This document shows, piece after piece, positions 21,610-30,946 of a stretch of DNA of 64,000 nt. Below the pieces are notes generated by a model that did no database searches, was not told the DNA's origin, and saw only the letters and a program-made list of their open reading frames with translations. Every line of letters begins with the position of its first letter. Position 1 is the first letter of the stretch. Source of the DNA: a bacterium (GTDB lineage Bacteria; Zixibacteria; MSB-5A5; GN15; FEB-12); assembly GCA_043811375.1 (NCBI GenBank), contig JBDRNJ010000072.1, positions 167,053 through 231,052 on the forward strand, in the 5' to 3' direction. Both the position numbers and the translations under genes were made by a program.

Positions 21610-22740
21610 TCAGCTTTCGATCATTTCCACGTTGGCACGCGGGACTACTGCTCGGTTGCCGTCTTCGAATTCAACTTCCAGAACACGAGCTTTCGATTCG
21701 GATTCCAGCTTCTGTAACGGCGACGGTAAATCCACTACCTGGCCCAAACGTCCAAAGTAGGGATGCCGGATAACCCGCACCGGGGACCCTACGGCCAGTC
21801 CTGAGATCGTTACCTCTTTCACATCTGTCAGCGCCTCCTGGTCAACGACCAGAGGAATAACCACCTCCGGGCGAATCACGCCGGCTCTGATCTGTGTCGC
21901 CCCGTTGATACAGGCCATCTGCCCCTGGTGTGCTTTGAGCAGATCAAACGTCTTACCCGCCATAGAAATCTGTCCAAAACCCTCGGTGACAACCAGAGTT
22001 ATCCCGATGCCCTCCGAACCGGTGATGGCCACGCCGATGTCATACCCCAGGAAATCCCGCAGATCCCGGTCGTCAAGACCGCCGACGACAATCCCGCGCA
22101 CGCCCATTTCAATCGCTTTCTTCGTAGCCGACGCCGTCACCAACGAACCGCCGACAATAACCTTACCGGCAAGGTCCGGTCGGATCAGTTTGTCATCCAG
22201 TACTTCACTGTTGTCAGATGTCACCACTTCCACTATCCCCGAGGTTTCACCGCCGATGCCAAAAATACCCTGTACAAAACTGCCTAAGGTTGAGACAACC
22301 ACACCCTCTCCCGGCAGGACCTCGGTGACCATGCCCCGCAGGTAGGCTTTCACCTCAACCGGAATCGGTAAACCGCGCAACAGCACTTGACCGGTAACAT
22401 TAGAAACCGACTCAACTTTGCCGGTGACTGATGCCTTACAGGTAGTAGACCATCTCTTGATGAGCGGGAACTTCTTGACGGCGATAACCTCTCCCTCTTC
22501 GATGGTATCCCCGGCCTTCTTGACCATGAACTCGTGGATATCTTCCGGGGGTATACTCAGCTTGTTGGCCACGTTGATCGGGATAATGTTGCCCGGCAAC
22601 TCGGTTCGGGCCACAACGTCATCGGGATTCACCTCATCGCCGACCTTAACCACTACGTCACCCTTGAGAGGCAGGATACGGCTCTTGTTAATCTGCAGCC
22701 GCTCAGTGACTTTTAGTCCGGGAGTGTATGCGTGGGCCAT
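21610..22740 (-). CDS. Uncharacterised soluble protein with lipoyl/biotinyl-like beta repeats and C-terminal KOW-like motif
   Basis: VKVGDEVNPDDVVA and KKAGDTIEEGEVIA hybrid-barrel-like motifs; LAVGSPVRVIRHPYFGRLGQV KOW-like motif; RBS AGGAG; co-oriented downstream of the GlmL-like gene. Confidence 0.85.
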   Translation of the reverse strand: MAHAYTPGLKVTERLQINKSRILPLKGDVVVKVGDEVNPDDVVARTELPGNIIPINVANKLSIPPEDIHEFMVKKAGDTIEEGEVIAVKKFPLIKRWSTTCKASVTGKVESVSNVTGQVLLRGLPIPVEVKAYLRGMVTEVLPGEGVVVSTLGSFVQGIFGIGGETSGIVEVVTSDNSEVLDDKLIRPDLAGKVIVGGSLVTASATKKAIEMGVRGIVVGGLDDRDLRDFLGYDIGVAITGSEGIGITLVVTEGFGQISMAGKTFDLLKAHQGQMACINGATQIRAGVIRPEVVIPLVVDQEALTDVKEVTISGLAVGSPVRVIRHPYFGRLGQVVDLPSPLQKLESESKARVLEVEFEDGNRAVVPRANVEMIES

Positions 22741-22764
22741 ATGGCTCCTTCCTGTAACTTGTAA

Positions 22765-23517
22765 CTATTCGTCACGCCTTCCGGCGGCGGCGCAAAGCGC
22801 CAGCAATATCAACACCACCGCCACACCGGCGAAGAGAAATATCGTATTCGACTTCTTCCCCTCGTCCTCATTATCTTCCAGGTCGGCTATGCGCACCTGT
22901 TCCCGGGGAAAGGCGTTCTCGATGTTTTCGGTCGAAAATGACGCCACTATTTGCAGAAATCGAAGCTGACTTTCTTGAAATATCGAATCCGGTGCATAGC
23001 AGTAAAATGTGGCGATACCTCTCTCGTAGAATTTCATCATCAGCAGGTTCTTTTTCATCACCTGCTGTTCATCGACGATGTCACTGATAATGGCTACCGT
23101 CTGCATGAGAGTATCATAGCAGGGTACTTCCAGCTCCGGATCGGACAAAAACTCCGCCAGGTCCTGGTGCCTGACCCGATTACCAAAAGTGCCCACCAGG
23201 TCAATCAGCACTGAGTCAATCTGCCACTCACGTAGTTCGCCGACAGTATCAACACTGAGTATCAAATACTCCCGGGAAAAAAACTGGGGAGCATCCTTGA
23301 CGGCAAAAACAGCATCATAATCAAGGGCTATCCGTGCGGTGTCGCTGCTGCGCAGAAAAGCATCAACCAGCCAGTAATCAACCTGGGCCCATTCCTGCGG
23401 GTAGGTGATATGGAACTCCCCCTTGAGACTGACATAGGTCTGGTCCTGGGCCGGCACAGTCGTCGCCAGAATCGCCACCAGCAATACGACTCTAATTAAT
23501 GTTTTAGCAGTTATCAT
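22765..23517 (-). CDS. Hypothetical exported protein with C-terminal membrane anchor
   Basis: Signal peptide and C-terminal hydrophobic helix followed by RR; tightly spaced in the operon. Confidence 0.8.
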   Translation of the reverse strand: MITAKTLIRVVLLVAILATTVPAQDQTYVSLKGEFHITYPQEWAQVDYWLVDAFLRSSDTARIALDYDAVFAVKDAPQFFSREYLILSVDTVGELREWQIDSVLIDLVGTFGNRVRHQDLAEFLSDPELEVPCYDTLMQTVAIISDIVDEQQVMKKNLLMMKFYERGIATFYCYAPDSIFQESQLRFLQIVASFSTENIENAFPREQVRIADLEDNEDEGKKSNTIFLFAGVAVVLILLALCAAAGRRDE

Positions 23518-23526
23518 TGTTCACCA

Positions 23527-25380
23527 TTATAGCCTGTCGGAGGGATAAACATTCAGTTCTGTCATCCATTGCTTCAGATTGGTTACCCGTTCGGCATCAC
23601 TCAACGTCGACAGGTCAAACGGACGCCCCCGACCATCAAGAATCACACCGATCACTCCGCCGTGCAACTCCTTCTCGACACGAGAACCGCGGCCGGCACC
23701 AACATCGAAAGCCCGCTCCGGTTCAAACACCGCCCGGGCTGTTTCCGGCAGGCCGTTGTCCTTGAAGCCCAGCTCAAACCGCTTCATTTCCAAGCGGTTG
23801 AGCGTTCCGGTCACCGTCCCCGACGGCAACTCAATGGTGTACTTCATCACCGATCCCGGTTTCTTGATTGTTCCCGCCGGTGCCACACAGGTACCCAGAT
23901 GAATCAGACAATCTTTGACAAACACTTCCGTGGCCGCCCGTTTGTGCACCTCGGTCAACACACCCAGTTGCGGCATCATAAAGATGGAGTCAACCGCCAG
24001 ACGGGTGACACCTTCCGGCAGGAAAGCATCGATCATCATCAGAGCCGACTGCTGGCGACGGGGCGCGTGCGACAGTACTCCGCCCGAGCCGATCAGCATG
24101 TCCAGCGACATCATATTTACAATAGTAGCGCCGGAAGACGACTGCTCGAAAGCATCCGCGATGGTTCGCTGCTGCTGAATGCCCTTGAGAACCGTGGCAA
24201 AACTCTTGTGCTGGACAAGGGCCAGCCGCAGGGCTTCCTTGGCGATGGCCTGCTCAAAGATCAACTCTTCCATTGACTGAGGGATTGTCGTCGGGCGGAC
24301 CATCTTGTTCTTGACCCGGTTTCTCAGATCACGCTCGTCCATTTCAAACGGCACCCAGCGCATCACCATCGGCAGGGTCGCTTCCAAAAACACATTGGAT
24401 ATCGAGTAGGACATGCCTAAGTTGGCCGATACGGTCCGGTTGAAGACCGGTGTTTTTCCATCGGGGCGAAAAACCGAGAAGACGTCAGTGGTGGCTCCGC
24501 CGATATCCACGCCCATCGCCTCGATACCATACTGCTCGGCAATCGTTTGAATGATCAGGCCAACCGCTCCCGGAGTCGGCATGATCGGGGCATCGGTCCA
24601 CGACATCAGCTTCTTGTATCCGGGCGCCTGAGCCATAACATGTTCCATAAACAGTTCGTGGATCTCATCCCGCGCCGGACCCAGGTTTTCTCGTTCCAGA
24701 ACCGGCCGCAGATTGTCGACCGTTTTCAGATCTACCTTACCTTTTAGAGTCTCCTCAACACTGCCGGCAGCATTTTTGTTACCGGCGAAGATGACCGGTA
24801 ACTGGTAGCTGGAACCCAGCCGCGGTCGCGGGTCGGCAGCGGCGACCAGTTCGGCTATCTCGACCACGTGCGTGGTGGTGCCGCCGTCGATACCGCCCGA
24901 TAACAGAATCATGTCCGGGCGGAGATGGCGAATGCGTTCTATCTGCTGGTGCGGCAGGCGCTTATCGTTGGAAGCAATAACATCCATAACGATGGCGCCG
25001 GCGCCCAGCGCCGCCCGCTCGGCCGACTCAGCGGTCATCGAGCGTACCACCCCGGCTACCATCATCTGCAAACCACCGCCGGCTGACGATGTTGAGATGT
25101 AGATATCGGAACCGACCTTGTCCTTACAGGGAGTAATGATCTTGCCCTCGTCGTCCAGCAGCTTGCGACCGGAGAGCTCTTCGACCTCGGCCACGGCATT
25201 AAGCACGCCCATAGTGACGTCTTCGAATGGGGCTTCCACCGTTGTCGGGGCTTCACCACGGACCACCAGCCGGTATTCGCCGTCGTGGTATTCGATCAGA
25301 ATCGCTTTGGTGGTGGTGGAACCACAGTCAGTCGCCAGAATTACCTTGATATCATCGGGATTTTCAAACTTGGCCATCAA
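23527..25380 (-). CDS. GlmL/MutL (glutamate mutase L)-like ASKHA-superfamily ATPase
   Basis: Phosphate-1 ATDCGSTTTKA, SSAGGGLQM, AALGAGA, LSGGIDGG, phosphate-2 VDIGGATTDVFS, RTVSANLGM, IGSGGVLSH. Confidence 0.88.
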   Translation of the reverse strand: MMAKFENPDDIKVILATDCGSTTTKAILIEYHDGEYRLVVRGEAPTTVEAPFEDVTMGVLNAVAEVEELSGRKLLDDEGKIITPCKDKVGSDIYISTSSAGGGLQMMVAGVVRSMTAESAERAALGAGAIVMDVIASNDKRLPHQQIERIRHLRPDMILLSGGIDGGTTTHVVEIAELVAAADPRPRLGSSYQLPVIFAGNKNAAGSVEETLKGKVDLKTVDNLRPVLERENLGPARDEIHELFMEHVMAQAPGYKKLMSWTDAPIMPTPGAVGLIIQTIAEQYGIEAMGVDIGGATTDVFSVFRPDGKTPVFNRTVSANLGMSYSISNVFLEATLPMVMRWVPFEMDERDLRNRVKNKMVRPTTIPQSMEELIFEQAIAKEALRLALVQHKSFATVLKGIQQQRTIADAFEQSSSGATIVNMMSLDMLIGSGGVLSHAPRRQQSALMMIDAFLPEGVTRLAVDSIFMMPQLGVLTEVHKRAATEVFVKDCLIHLGTCVAPAGTIKKPGSVMKYTIELPSGTVTGTLNRLEMKRFELGFKDNGLPETARAVFEPERAFDVGAGRGSRVEKELHGGVIGVILDGRGRPFDLSTLSDAERVTNLKQWMTELNVYPSDRL

Positions 25381-25684
25381 ATCAACCTATTCTTAGGTGC
25401 TCCTTCGGGTCGCCTTACTTTCGGCATACCCCTCATGTCATGTCAGTGGTTATCGCGTTTTCCGTCGCCGGGCACGGTTACCCACCAAAGTTTACCAGTA
25501 TAATATAACCTCCCGGCAAAGTAAACAGCAATTTTGAGGGGCATTTCGTGTTGCAATCGGTGCTGAAACATGCCGGACAAATAAGCGGCAAGCCGCCTTA
25601 ATCGCGTAGCGGCAGGTCTTGGCGCCGCCGCAGGTGGTGGTGTGACTTTCCGGCCATAAGTGGCTTCCATTGACAGAAAAAGAT

Positions 25685-25715
25685 GGCAGGTCTCTTTAAA
25701 TGAGACCTGCCCTAC
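25685..25715 (-). repeat. GTAG-headed REP palindrome
   Basis: Reverse complement GTAG-GGCAGGTCTC-ATTTAAA-GAGACCTGCC; same stem as 17729. Confidence 0.8.
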
Positions 25716-25724
25716 AAGACTGCC

Positions 25725-25761
25725 AAAAAAGAGCGAGGCTCCCGGGAGCAGGAGCCTCGCT
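25725..25761 (-). terminator. Intrinsic terminator of the 25805-27100 gene
   Basis: Minus strand AGCGAGGCTCC-loop-GGAGCCTCGCT followed by CTTTTTT. Confidence 0.8.
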
Positions 25762-25804
25762 GTCATCCAGCGCGCCGATAGAGTGCTCGGCGGCTAAAGG
25801 GGAA

Positions 25805-27100
25805 TTAACACGGTGCTGGTGACGGGCCACCCTGGAACAGGTACGCTACAAGATATGTCAGGTCACCGACATCAATACTGCTGCTGCCATCCACGTCGGC
25901 TTCTTCCGGGCACGGCGGTGATGGGCCGCCCTGGAAGAGATAAGCGACCTGGTTTGTCAAATCGCCAACGTCAATGGCGCCGCTACGGTCAACATCGCCC
26001 CGTATGTCACAACAATACAGAATGGGAAAACAGTGGGGACCATCCCAAGAAGGTGCGAATTTCTTAAAGTATGACGAACCGTGTACGACTGTGGCCCATA
26101 TCCAGTCACCACCGGGCGGATACCAGGATGAATCAAGACAAATCTCACCCCCGGAATACATCCTGTCTATCGGCCCAATGGTTATAGTATGAGTTACAGA
26201 ATCGAATCCTACCGGCAATCCGTAGTTTATCCAGCTCATATAACCCAACAAGGCCGTGTCCGAGTCGGAACCGGTTACACCGATGGATCTGTAGATGTGT
26301 TCGACATCAAAGAAACTATCAATGGCAATAACGGTAGCAACAGTCATACCGGACCAGGTAGCGCCAGTGGGGGAATATACCCGAAACCCATTTGTCAGCC
26401 CGCGGATTCGATCGGGAAGGTTGTTGAACATGCGAATGTGAAAAACTATTTCCTTATCAGTGAGAACAGTATCGGGGCCGAGAAGTCCATCAACATGATC
26501 CAGGCTGATCACTCCCCCGGTGAGCGGTGGGCAATCAGGAGGACCGTCGCAGTTAAGTAAAGGACTTCCCACGAAACGGCTCCACGTATAAACAGGATCA
26601 TAGACATTGACCCCTTCGCAGCCGTCCGTGTTTGCGGCATACATACATGCAGGTGACAGTCCGCCACGCCACAGGAAATTACTGATGAAAAACAAGTCGC
26701 CTGGACCAACAATGTCATTGCCATCCGCATCACCGCACTTCACTTGCTCGCATGAATCTCCAATGCCATCACCATCGGTGTCGGTCTGGTCAGAATTGGC
26801 AAACCCCGGGCAGTTGTCCTCCGGGCAGGTATTCGATGGAAAACCCGGATCACCAAAGCCGTCACCATCCTGATCGGTGCATTCGTCACAGGGGTTACCA
26901 ATACCGTCACCATCGGCATCATACTGTTCCGGGTTCCAATAGTTCGGGCAGTTGTCAAGCGAGTCTTCGATACCATCACCATCGCTATCACTTCGTTGAC
27001 TGGTATACTGGTCTGCTGCTGCCTGCACAACCGTATCTTTGGTGGTGACAGAGAGGAGGAAAATCATTGCTGTGATTATAAGGAAAACAATCGTTAGCAT
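25805..27100 (-). CDS. Secreted protein: TSP3-like repeats, internal dockerin-like domain, beta-sandwich, C-terminal dockerin-like domain
   Basis: DSDGDGIEDSLDNCP repeats; CGDADGNDIVGPGDL; tail GDVDRSGAIDVGDLT...YLFQGGPSPAPC. Confidence 0.88.
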   Translation of the reverse strand: MLTIVFLIITAMIFLLSVTTKDTVVQAAADQYTSQRSDSDGDGIEDSLDNCPNYWNPEQYDADGDGIGNPCDECTDQDGDGFGDPGFPSNTCPEDNCPGFANSDQTDTDGDGIGDSCEQVKCGDADGNDIVGPGDLFFISNFLWRGGLSPACMYAANTDGCEGVNVYDPVYTWSRFVGSPLLNCDGPPDCPPLTGGVISLDHVDGLLGPDTVLTDKEIVFHIRMFNNLPDRIRGLTNGFRVYSPTGATWSGMTVATVIAIDSFFDVEHIYRSIGVTGSDSDTALLGYMSWINYGLPVGFDSVTHTITIGPIDRMYSGGEICLDSSWYPPGGDWIWATVVHGSSYFKKFAPSWDGPHCFPILYCCDIRGDVDRSGAIDVGDLTNQVAYLFQGGPSPPCPEEADVDGSSSIDVGDLTYLVAYLFQGGPSPAPC

Positions 27101-27389
27101 AATAATATCACCCCTAATTTGATTGGTTGCTAATAGATCCCAAAACTGTTTGCTCCAGACCTATTCTACCATAGCAATATAAGTTCTGCTTACGCTCTTG
27201 TCCAGTTAAATATGGAGCCTTAAATGAAAACGAAAAGAGTCCCCCTTTTTTGTGGTAGCAGCTCAATTAACTCAATACTGAAAGTTTTTAGTTTGTTTCG
27301 CGACTCAGCCTCGGTATTATTTTCTTTCTTGCAAAATGTAAGTTTAAATTAACTGACGAAAGATCACTAACATAAGAGGAGAGACCACA

Positions 27390-28742
27390 ATGAAGAATCG
27401 TACTTTCTACTTCTGGATATTACCAATGATACTTGTTGTAATGTTTATGGTGCAATCCCGTGGTGACAATCCTGCGGATAGCGCCTACTTCAGTTGGGCA
27501 GATTCTGGCTATGTTACACCAGTGAGACACAACCAATACAGCTGTCATTCCTGTCAGACAATGTCTGGTTGCGCTATAATTGAAAGCCAGATCCTATTGC
27601 AACTTGGCAAGGCAGATTCAAATGTGAACCTATCCGAACAGTATATCGTATCATGCTGGAATACTGATACATTCTGTTTATCAATCATTAACTTCGATTC
27701 GGCCATAATACCCGGCATACCTACGGAGGATTGCCTCCCGTGGCAAATAGACAGTGATTGTATTAATATGTACAATTGTAACTTCGATTTCTGTGATGAT
27801 ACGTGTGATTATCCTTATGCCTGGGCCAGTTTCATCGATTCTACCGGAACCTCGACAGTAAATGTAGGTTCTTTGAAGGAGGCTATTGTTGTGCACGGAC
27901 CAATCAGGGTTATGGGCTACTTTGACAGTTGTTCCTTGGCTAGTTTTGATCCGGACACGGGCGTATTTAACTCCCAACCGTTTGGGAAAGACACAGTCGG
28001 CTACGGACACTTCTATGTGATTTATGGGTGGAATGATACCTGCACCGCTTTTACTCCACCGAAAGGTCCGTACCCCTGCTGGCTTGCCAAGAACTCCTGG
28101 GGCACAAGTTGGGGCGAGCCGGGGCCGGATAGTGTAGGCGAAGCCCCCGGATGCTTCAAGCTTCACCAAGACACTAGTATGTTCAGAATATCTGCCGACT
28201 GGGTGGATTGGACACCCCTGGGCAAACCGACCCTGTGTGGTCCCTTTGGCTACACGGCTTACGATCCATCCGACAGCTCAGTCAGATTTGTCTGGCAAAC
28301 GCCGGGTGACGCCTCTGAGGACGCGGACAGCAACGATTACCGTCTGAATATTCTGGATGCGTCAGACAGTATTTTCTACTCCGCTATCGTGGCGGACACA
28401 TACATTGTTCTCGATAATTTGGTCTTTGATTCTACATATACCTGGTTTGTACGTGCTTTTGTGGAGGGTCGCACCAGCTCACGGGTTAGTGATTGGTCAG
28501 CCGGTGAGGTTACAGTGCTGTCCCTACCCTGCTGCTCTGTCCCCGGTGATTGTAATCATGATGCTGGGGTAAATGTAGGGGATATTGCGTATCTGACCCA
28601 GTATGTTCATTACAATGGCTTGTACCTCGCTTGCTGGGAGGAGGCTGATGTTAACGATGATGACGAAGTGGATGCCGACGATATATCATATTTGGTGGCC
28701 TATCTATTCCAGAGCGGCCCGGCTCCGGCGGCCTGCCCGTGA
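27390..28742 (+). CDS. Secreted papain-family (C1A) cysteine peptidase with FnIII-like and dockerin-like domains
   Basis: VTPVRHNQYSCHSCQ (oxyanion Gln, catalytic Cys), LSEQYIVSC, GHFYVIYGW (His), KNSWGTSWGE (Asn); RBS AGGAG. Confidence 0.88.
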   Translation: MKNRTFYFWILPMILVVMFMVQSRGDNPADSAYFSWADSGYVTPVRHNQYSCHSCQTMSGCAIIESQILLQLGKADSNVNLSEQYIVSCWNTDTFCLSIINFDSAIIPGIPTEDCLPWQIDSDCINMYNCNFDFCDDTCDYPYAWASFIDSTGTSTVNVGSLKEAIVVHGPIRVMGYFDSCSLASFDPDTGVFNSQPFGKDTVGYGHFYVIYGWNDTCTAFTPPKGPYPCWLAKNSWGTSWGEPGPDSVGEAPGCFKLHQDTSMFRISADWVDWTPLGKPTLCGPFGYTAYDPSDSSVRFVWQTPGDASEDADSNDYRLNILDASDSIFYSAIVADTYIVLDNLVFDSTYTWFVRAFVEGRTSSRVSDWSAGEVTVLSLPCCSVPGDCNHDAGVNVGDIAYLTQYVHYNGLYLACWEEADVNDDDEVDADDISYLVAYLFQSGPAPAACP

Positions 28743-28792
28743 GCTTGTTGTACTGCCCGGTTAGACCATCACAAAATCCGTCGTTTTTTTCC

Positions 28793-28821
28793 TTGACCAG
28801 CAATAACATGGCCCCTACCTT
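28793..28821 (+). promoter_or_regulatory. Putative sigma70 promoter of the triplicated membrane operon
   Basis: TTGACC-17 nt-TACCTT about 150 nt upstream of 28970. Confidence 0.5.
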
Positions 28822-28969
28822 GCGATCTGTTGATCCGGAATAATGATAACGAATCAGTTGAAAACGAACCGGACCGACAGCACTCCGGGTGAGTGACTAT
28901 AAGGTTAGAGGGAAATAGTCTCGGGACGCATCGGACACACACCGTGTCTTTTTTGGTTCCTGGGTACGG

Positions 28970-30253
28970 TTGAGGACTAAGAACTTGGCAAACATCTCCT
29001 GCTCGTCTGCTCGTTTCCGCTTCTCCCGCCACATTATCTTATTGTCTCTGATTCTTTTGGTGGCCGTGCCCGCAATTGGCGCGCAGGAAGAACCGGCCGC
29101 AGTCGACAGCCTTGATCTGGCCCTTGCACCTGACAGCATCCCTCAGGAATACTATCCCCTCCCACCAACCGACGTTACCGTTCGCGATGTCCCCAATGAC
29201 GCCGGGGAAGCTATCATTATTGAATGGCAACTCTCAGTAGATGACTTTGAGGACGGTAAGGTGCTCGAGTACATTCTATTACGTAGCAAGACCGACGCCC
29301 TGCCGTTTGAGGAGATCGGGCGAGTTGACCAGGGAAATACCAGTTTCACAGATCGCACTGCTGAGAACGGCGTTGATTATTATTACCGCGTGGCAGCCAT
29401 CAATTACGAAAAGCAGGATACACTGACCCTCTGGGAGGCAATCAGTGAATCGGTCACTGCCGGACCGGTAGTCGCCAGCGCCCAGTGGTTCAACACCGAA
29501 CGCTTGAATATCTTTATCGGCATAATTATTCTGTGCGGGTCAATAATCTACTTTATAACGGCCGCCAAGGGGGGCAAGGACTTCTACGTCCGCAAGATCG
29601 CCGGTATTGAAGAAGTCAATAATGCCGTGGGGCGAGCAACCGAAATGGGGCGCTCCATCTACTATGTTCCCGGCATTATGGACATGGATGACGTGCAAAC
29701 TCTTGCCAGCCTGACCATACTGGGCAGTGTGGCAGCAATCGCCGCCGAGAACGACACCCGGATCGACGTACCCGTTTCCAAATCAATGGTCATGGTGACT
29801 GCCAAAGAGGTTGTCAGGGAAGCCTACAGCAAAGTGGGGCGACCGGATTCCTTCATGGATGATCAGGTTCGCTACCTGACCGACGACCAATTCGGCTATG
29901 CAGCCGCCATTGACGGTTTGTTTGTGCGCGAGAAACCGGCCACGATCTTTTTGATCGGGGCCTTTTTTGCCGAGTCGCTGATTATGGCCGAAACCGGTAA
30001 CAGCATCGGCGCTATTCAGATTTCGGGGACGGCCATGCCGTCGCAGTTGCCTTTTTTCATTGCCGCCTGTGATTTCACCCTGATCGGGGAAGAGTTGTTC
30101 GCCGCCTCGGCTTACCTGTCACGCGAACCCAAACTGCTTGGTTCGCTCAAAGGTCAGGACGTGGGCAAAGCTGTTTTCCTGCTGGCCATACTGGTCGGCT
30201 GCATACTGGAGAGTTTCGGCGTGCCGGTGCACGAACTGTTTGTCGGGCGTTAG
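28970..30253 (+). CDS. Module gene A1: FnIII-domain membrane protein (DUF6754-like)
   Basis: Signal-like N-terminus, FnIII-like domain (YYYRVAA), TM, then RKIAGIEEVNNAVGRATEMGR and QLPFFIAACDFTLIGEELFAASAYLS; C-terminal TM. The DUF name is from recall. Confidence 0.88.
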   Translation: MRTKNLANISCSSARFRFSRHIILLSLILLVAVPAIGAQEEPAAVDSLDLALAPDSIPQEYYPLPPTDVTVRDVPNDAGEAIIIEWQLSVDDFEDGKVLEYILLRSKTDALPFEEIGRVDQGNTSFTDRTAENGVDYYYRVAAINYEKQDTLTLWEAISESVTAGPVVASAQWFNTERLNIFIGIIILCGSIIYFITAAKGGKDFYVRKIAGIEEVNNAVGRATEMGRSIYYVPGIMDMDDVQTLASLTILGSVAAIAAENDTRIDVPVSKSMVMVTAKEVVREAYSKVGRPDSFMDDQVRYLTDDQFGYAAAIDGLFVREKPATIFLIGAFFAESLIMAETGNSIGAIQISGTAMPSQLPFFIAACDFTLIGEELFAASAYLSREPKLLGSLKGQDVGKAVFLLAILVGCILESFGVPVHELFVGR

Positions 30254-30271
30254 CCGGACGAGGATTGACTG

Positions 30272-30946
30272 ATGAGACGCGAGATACCGCTGGCCATAAC
30301 ATTCATTGCCGGGATAGCTTTTGCCACTGCTTTCTTTATCCCGCACTGGCCGTTTAATAAGCTGGAACACTGGTTTTCCGACTGGCTGGCAATCGTGTTC
30401 GCATTTGCTATCTGGTTGGGAGCCTTGAACCTTATCAAGATCTCGGCGCTGAGGATTATCAATAAGAAAAAGGACTGGATACATGGCCTGCTGATCATTG
30501 TGTCGTTTCTGATCATTGTGGGAGTCGGTCTTTACGAGGGATATCGGGGACTGGCTGCCGAACCGACTTTCTCCTACCGTGATCCCGGCACCGGGTTCAA
30601 CTGGCTGTACATAAACGTCTACTCTTCATTGTCGGCAACGATGTTTGCCCTGCTGGCATTTTTTGTAGCGTCGGCATCATATCGGGCATTTCGCGCCCGC
30701 AATTTCGAGGCGACGCTGCTGTTGCTGGCGGCTTGCTTTGTTATGCTGGGGCGGGTTCCCTTTGGCGATATGATTACCGGGTGGCTGCCGGCAGACTACC
30801 AGATGTCGCAATGGGCCAACTGGATCATGAACGTACTCAACACGGCTGGACAGCGAGCCATTATGATCGGCATCGCCCTCGGGTTGGTTTCCACGTCCCT
30901 GCGCATCATTCTGGGGCTGGAACGATCTTACCTGGGGGGTGATTGA
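30272..30946 (+). CDS. Module gene B1: polytopic membrane protein
   Basis: About six hydrophobic helices; TMFALLAFFVASASYRAFRARN; AGQRAIMIGIALG...LRIILGLERSYLG. Confidence 0.9.
   Translation: MRREIPLAITFIAGIAFATAFFIPHWPFNKLEHWFSDWLAIVFAFAIWLGALNLIKISALRIINKKKDWIHGLLIIVSFLIIVGVGLYEGYRGLAAEPTFSYRDPGTGFNWLYINVYSSLSATMFALLAFFVASASYRAFRARNFEATLLLLAACFVMLGRVPFGDMITGWLPADYQMSQWANWIMNVLNTAGQRAIMIGIALGLVSTSLRIILGLERSYLGGD

Noticed and set aside
23527..25380. Glutamate mutase pathway or DNA-repair MutL
   Set aside because: No mutase subunits in the window, and the motifs are ASKHA rather than GHKL.
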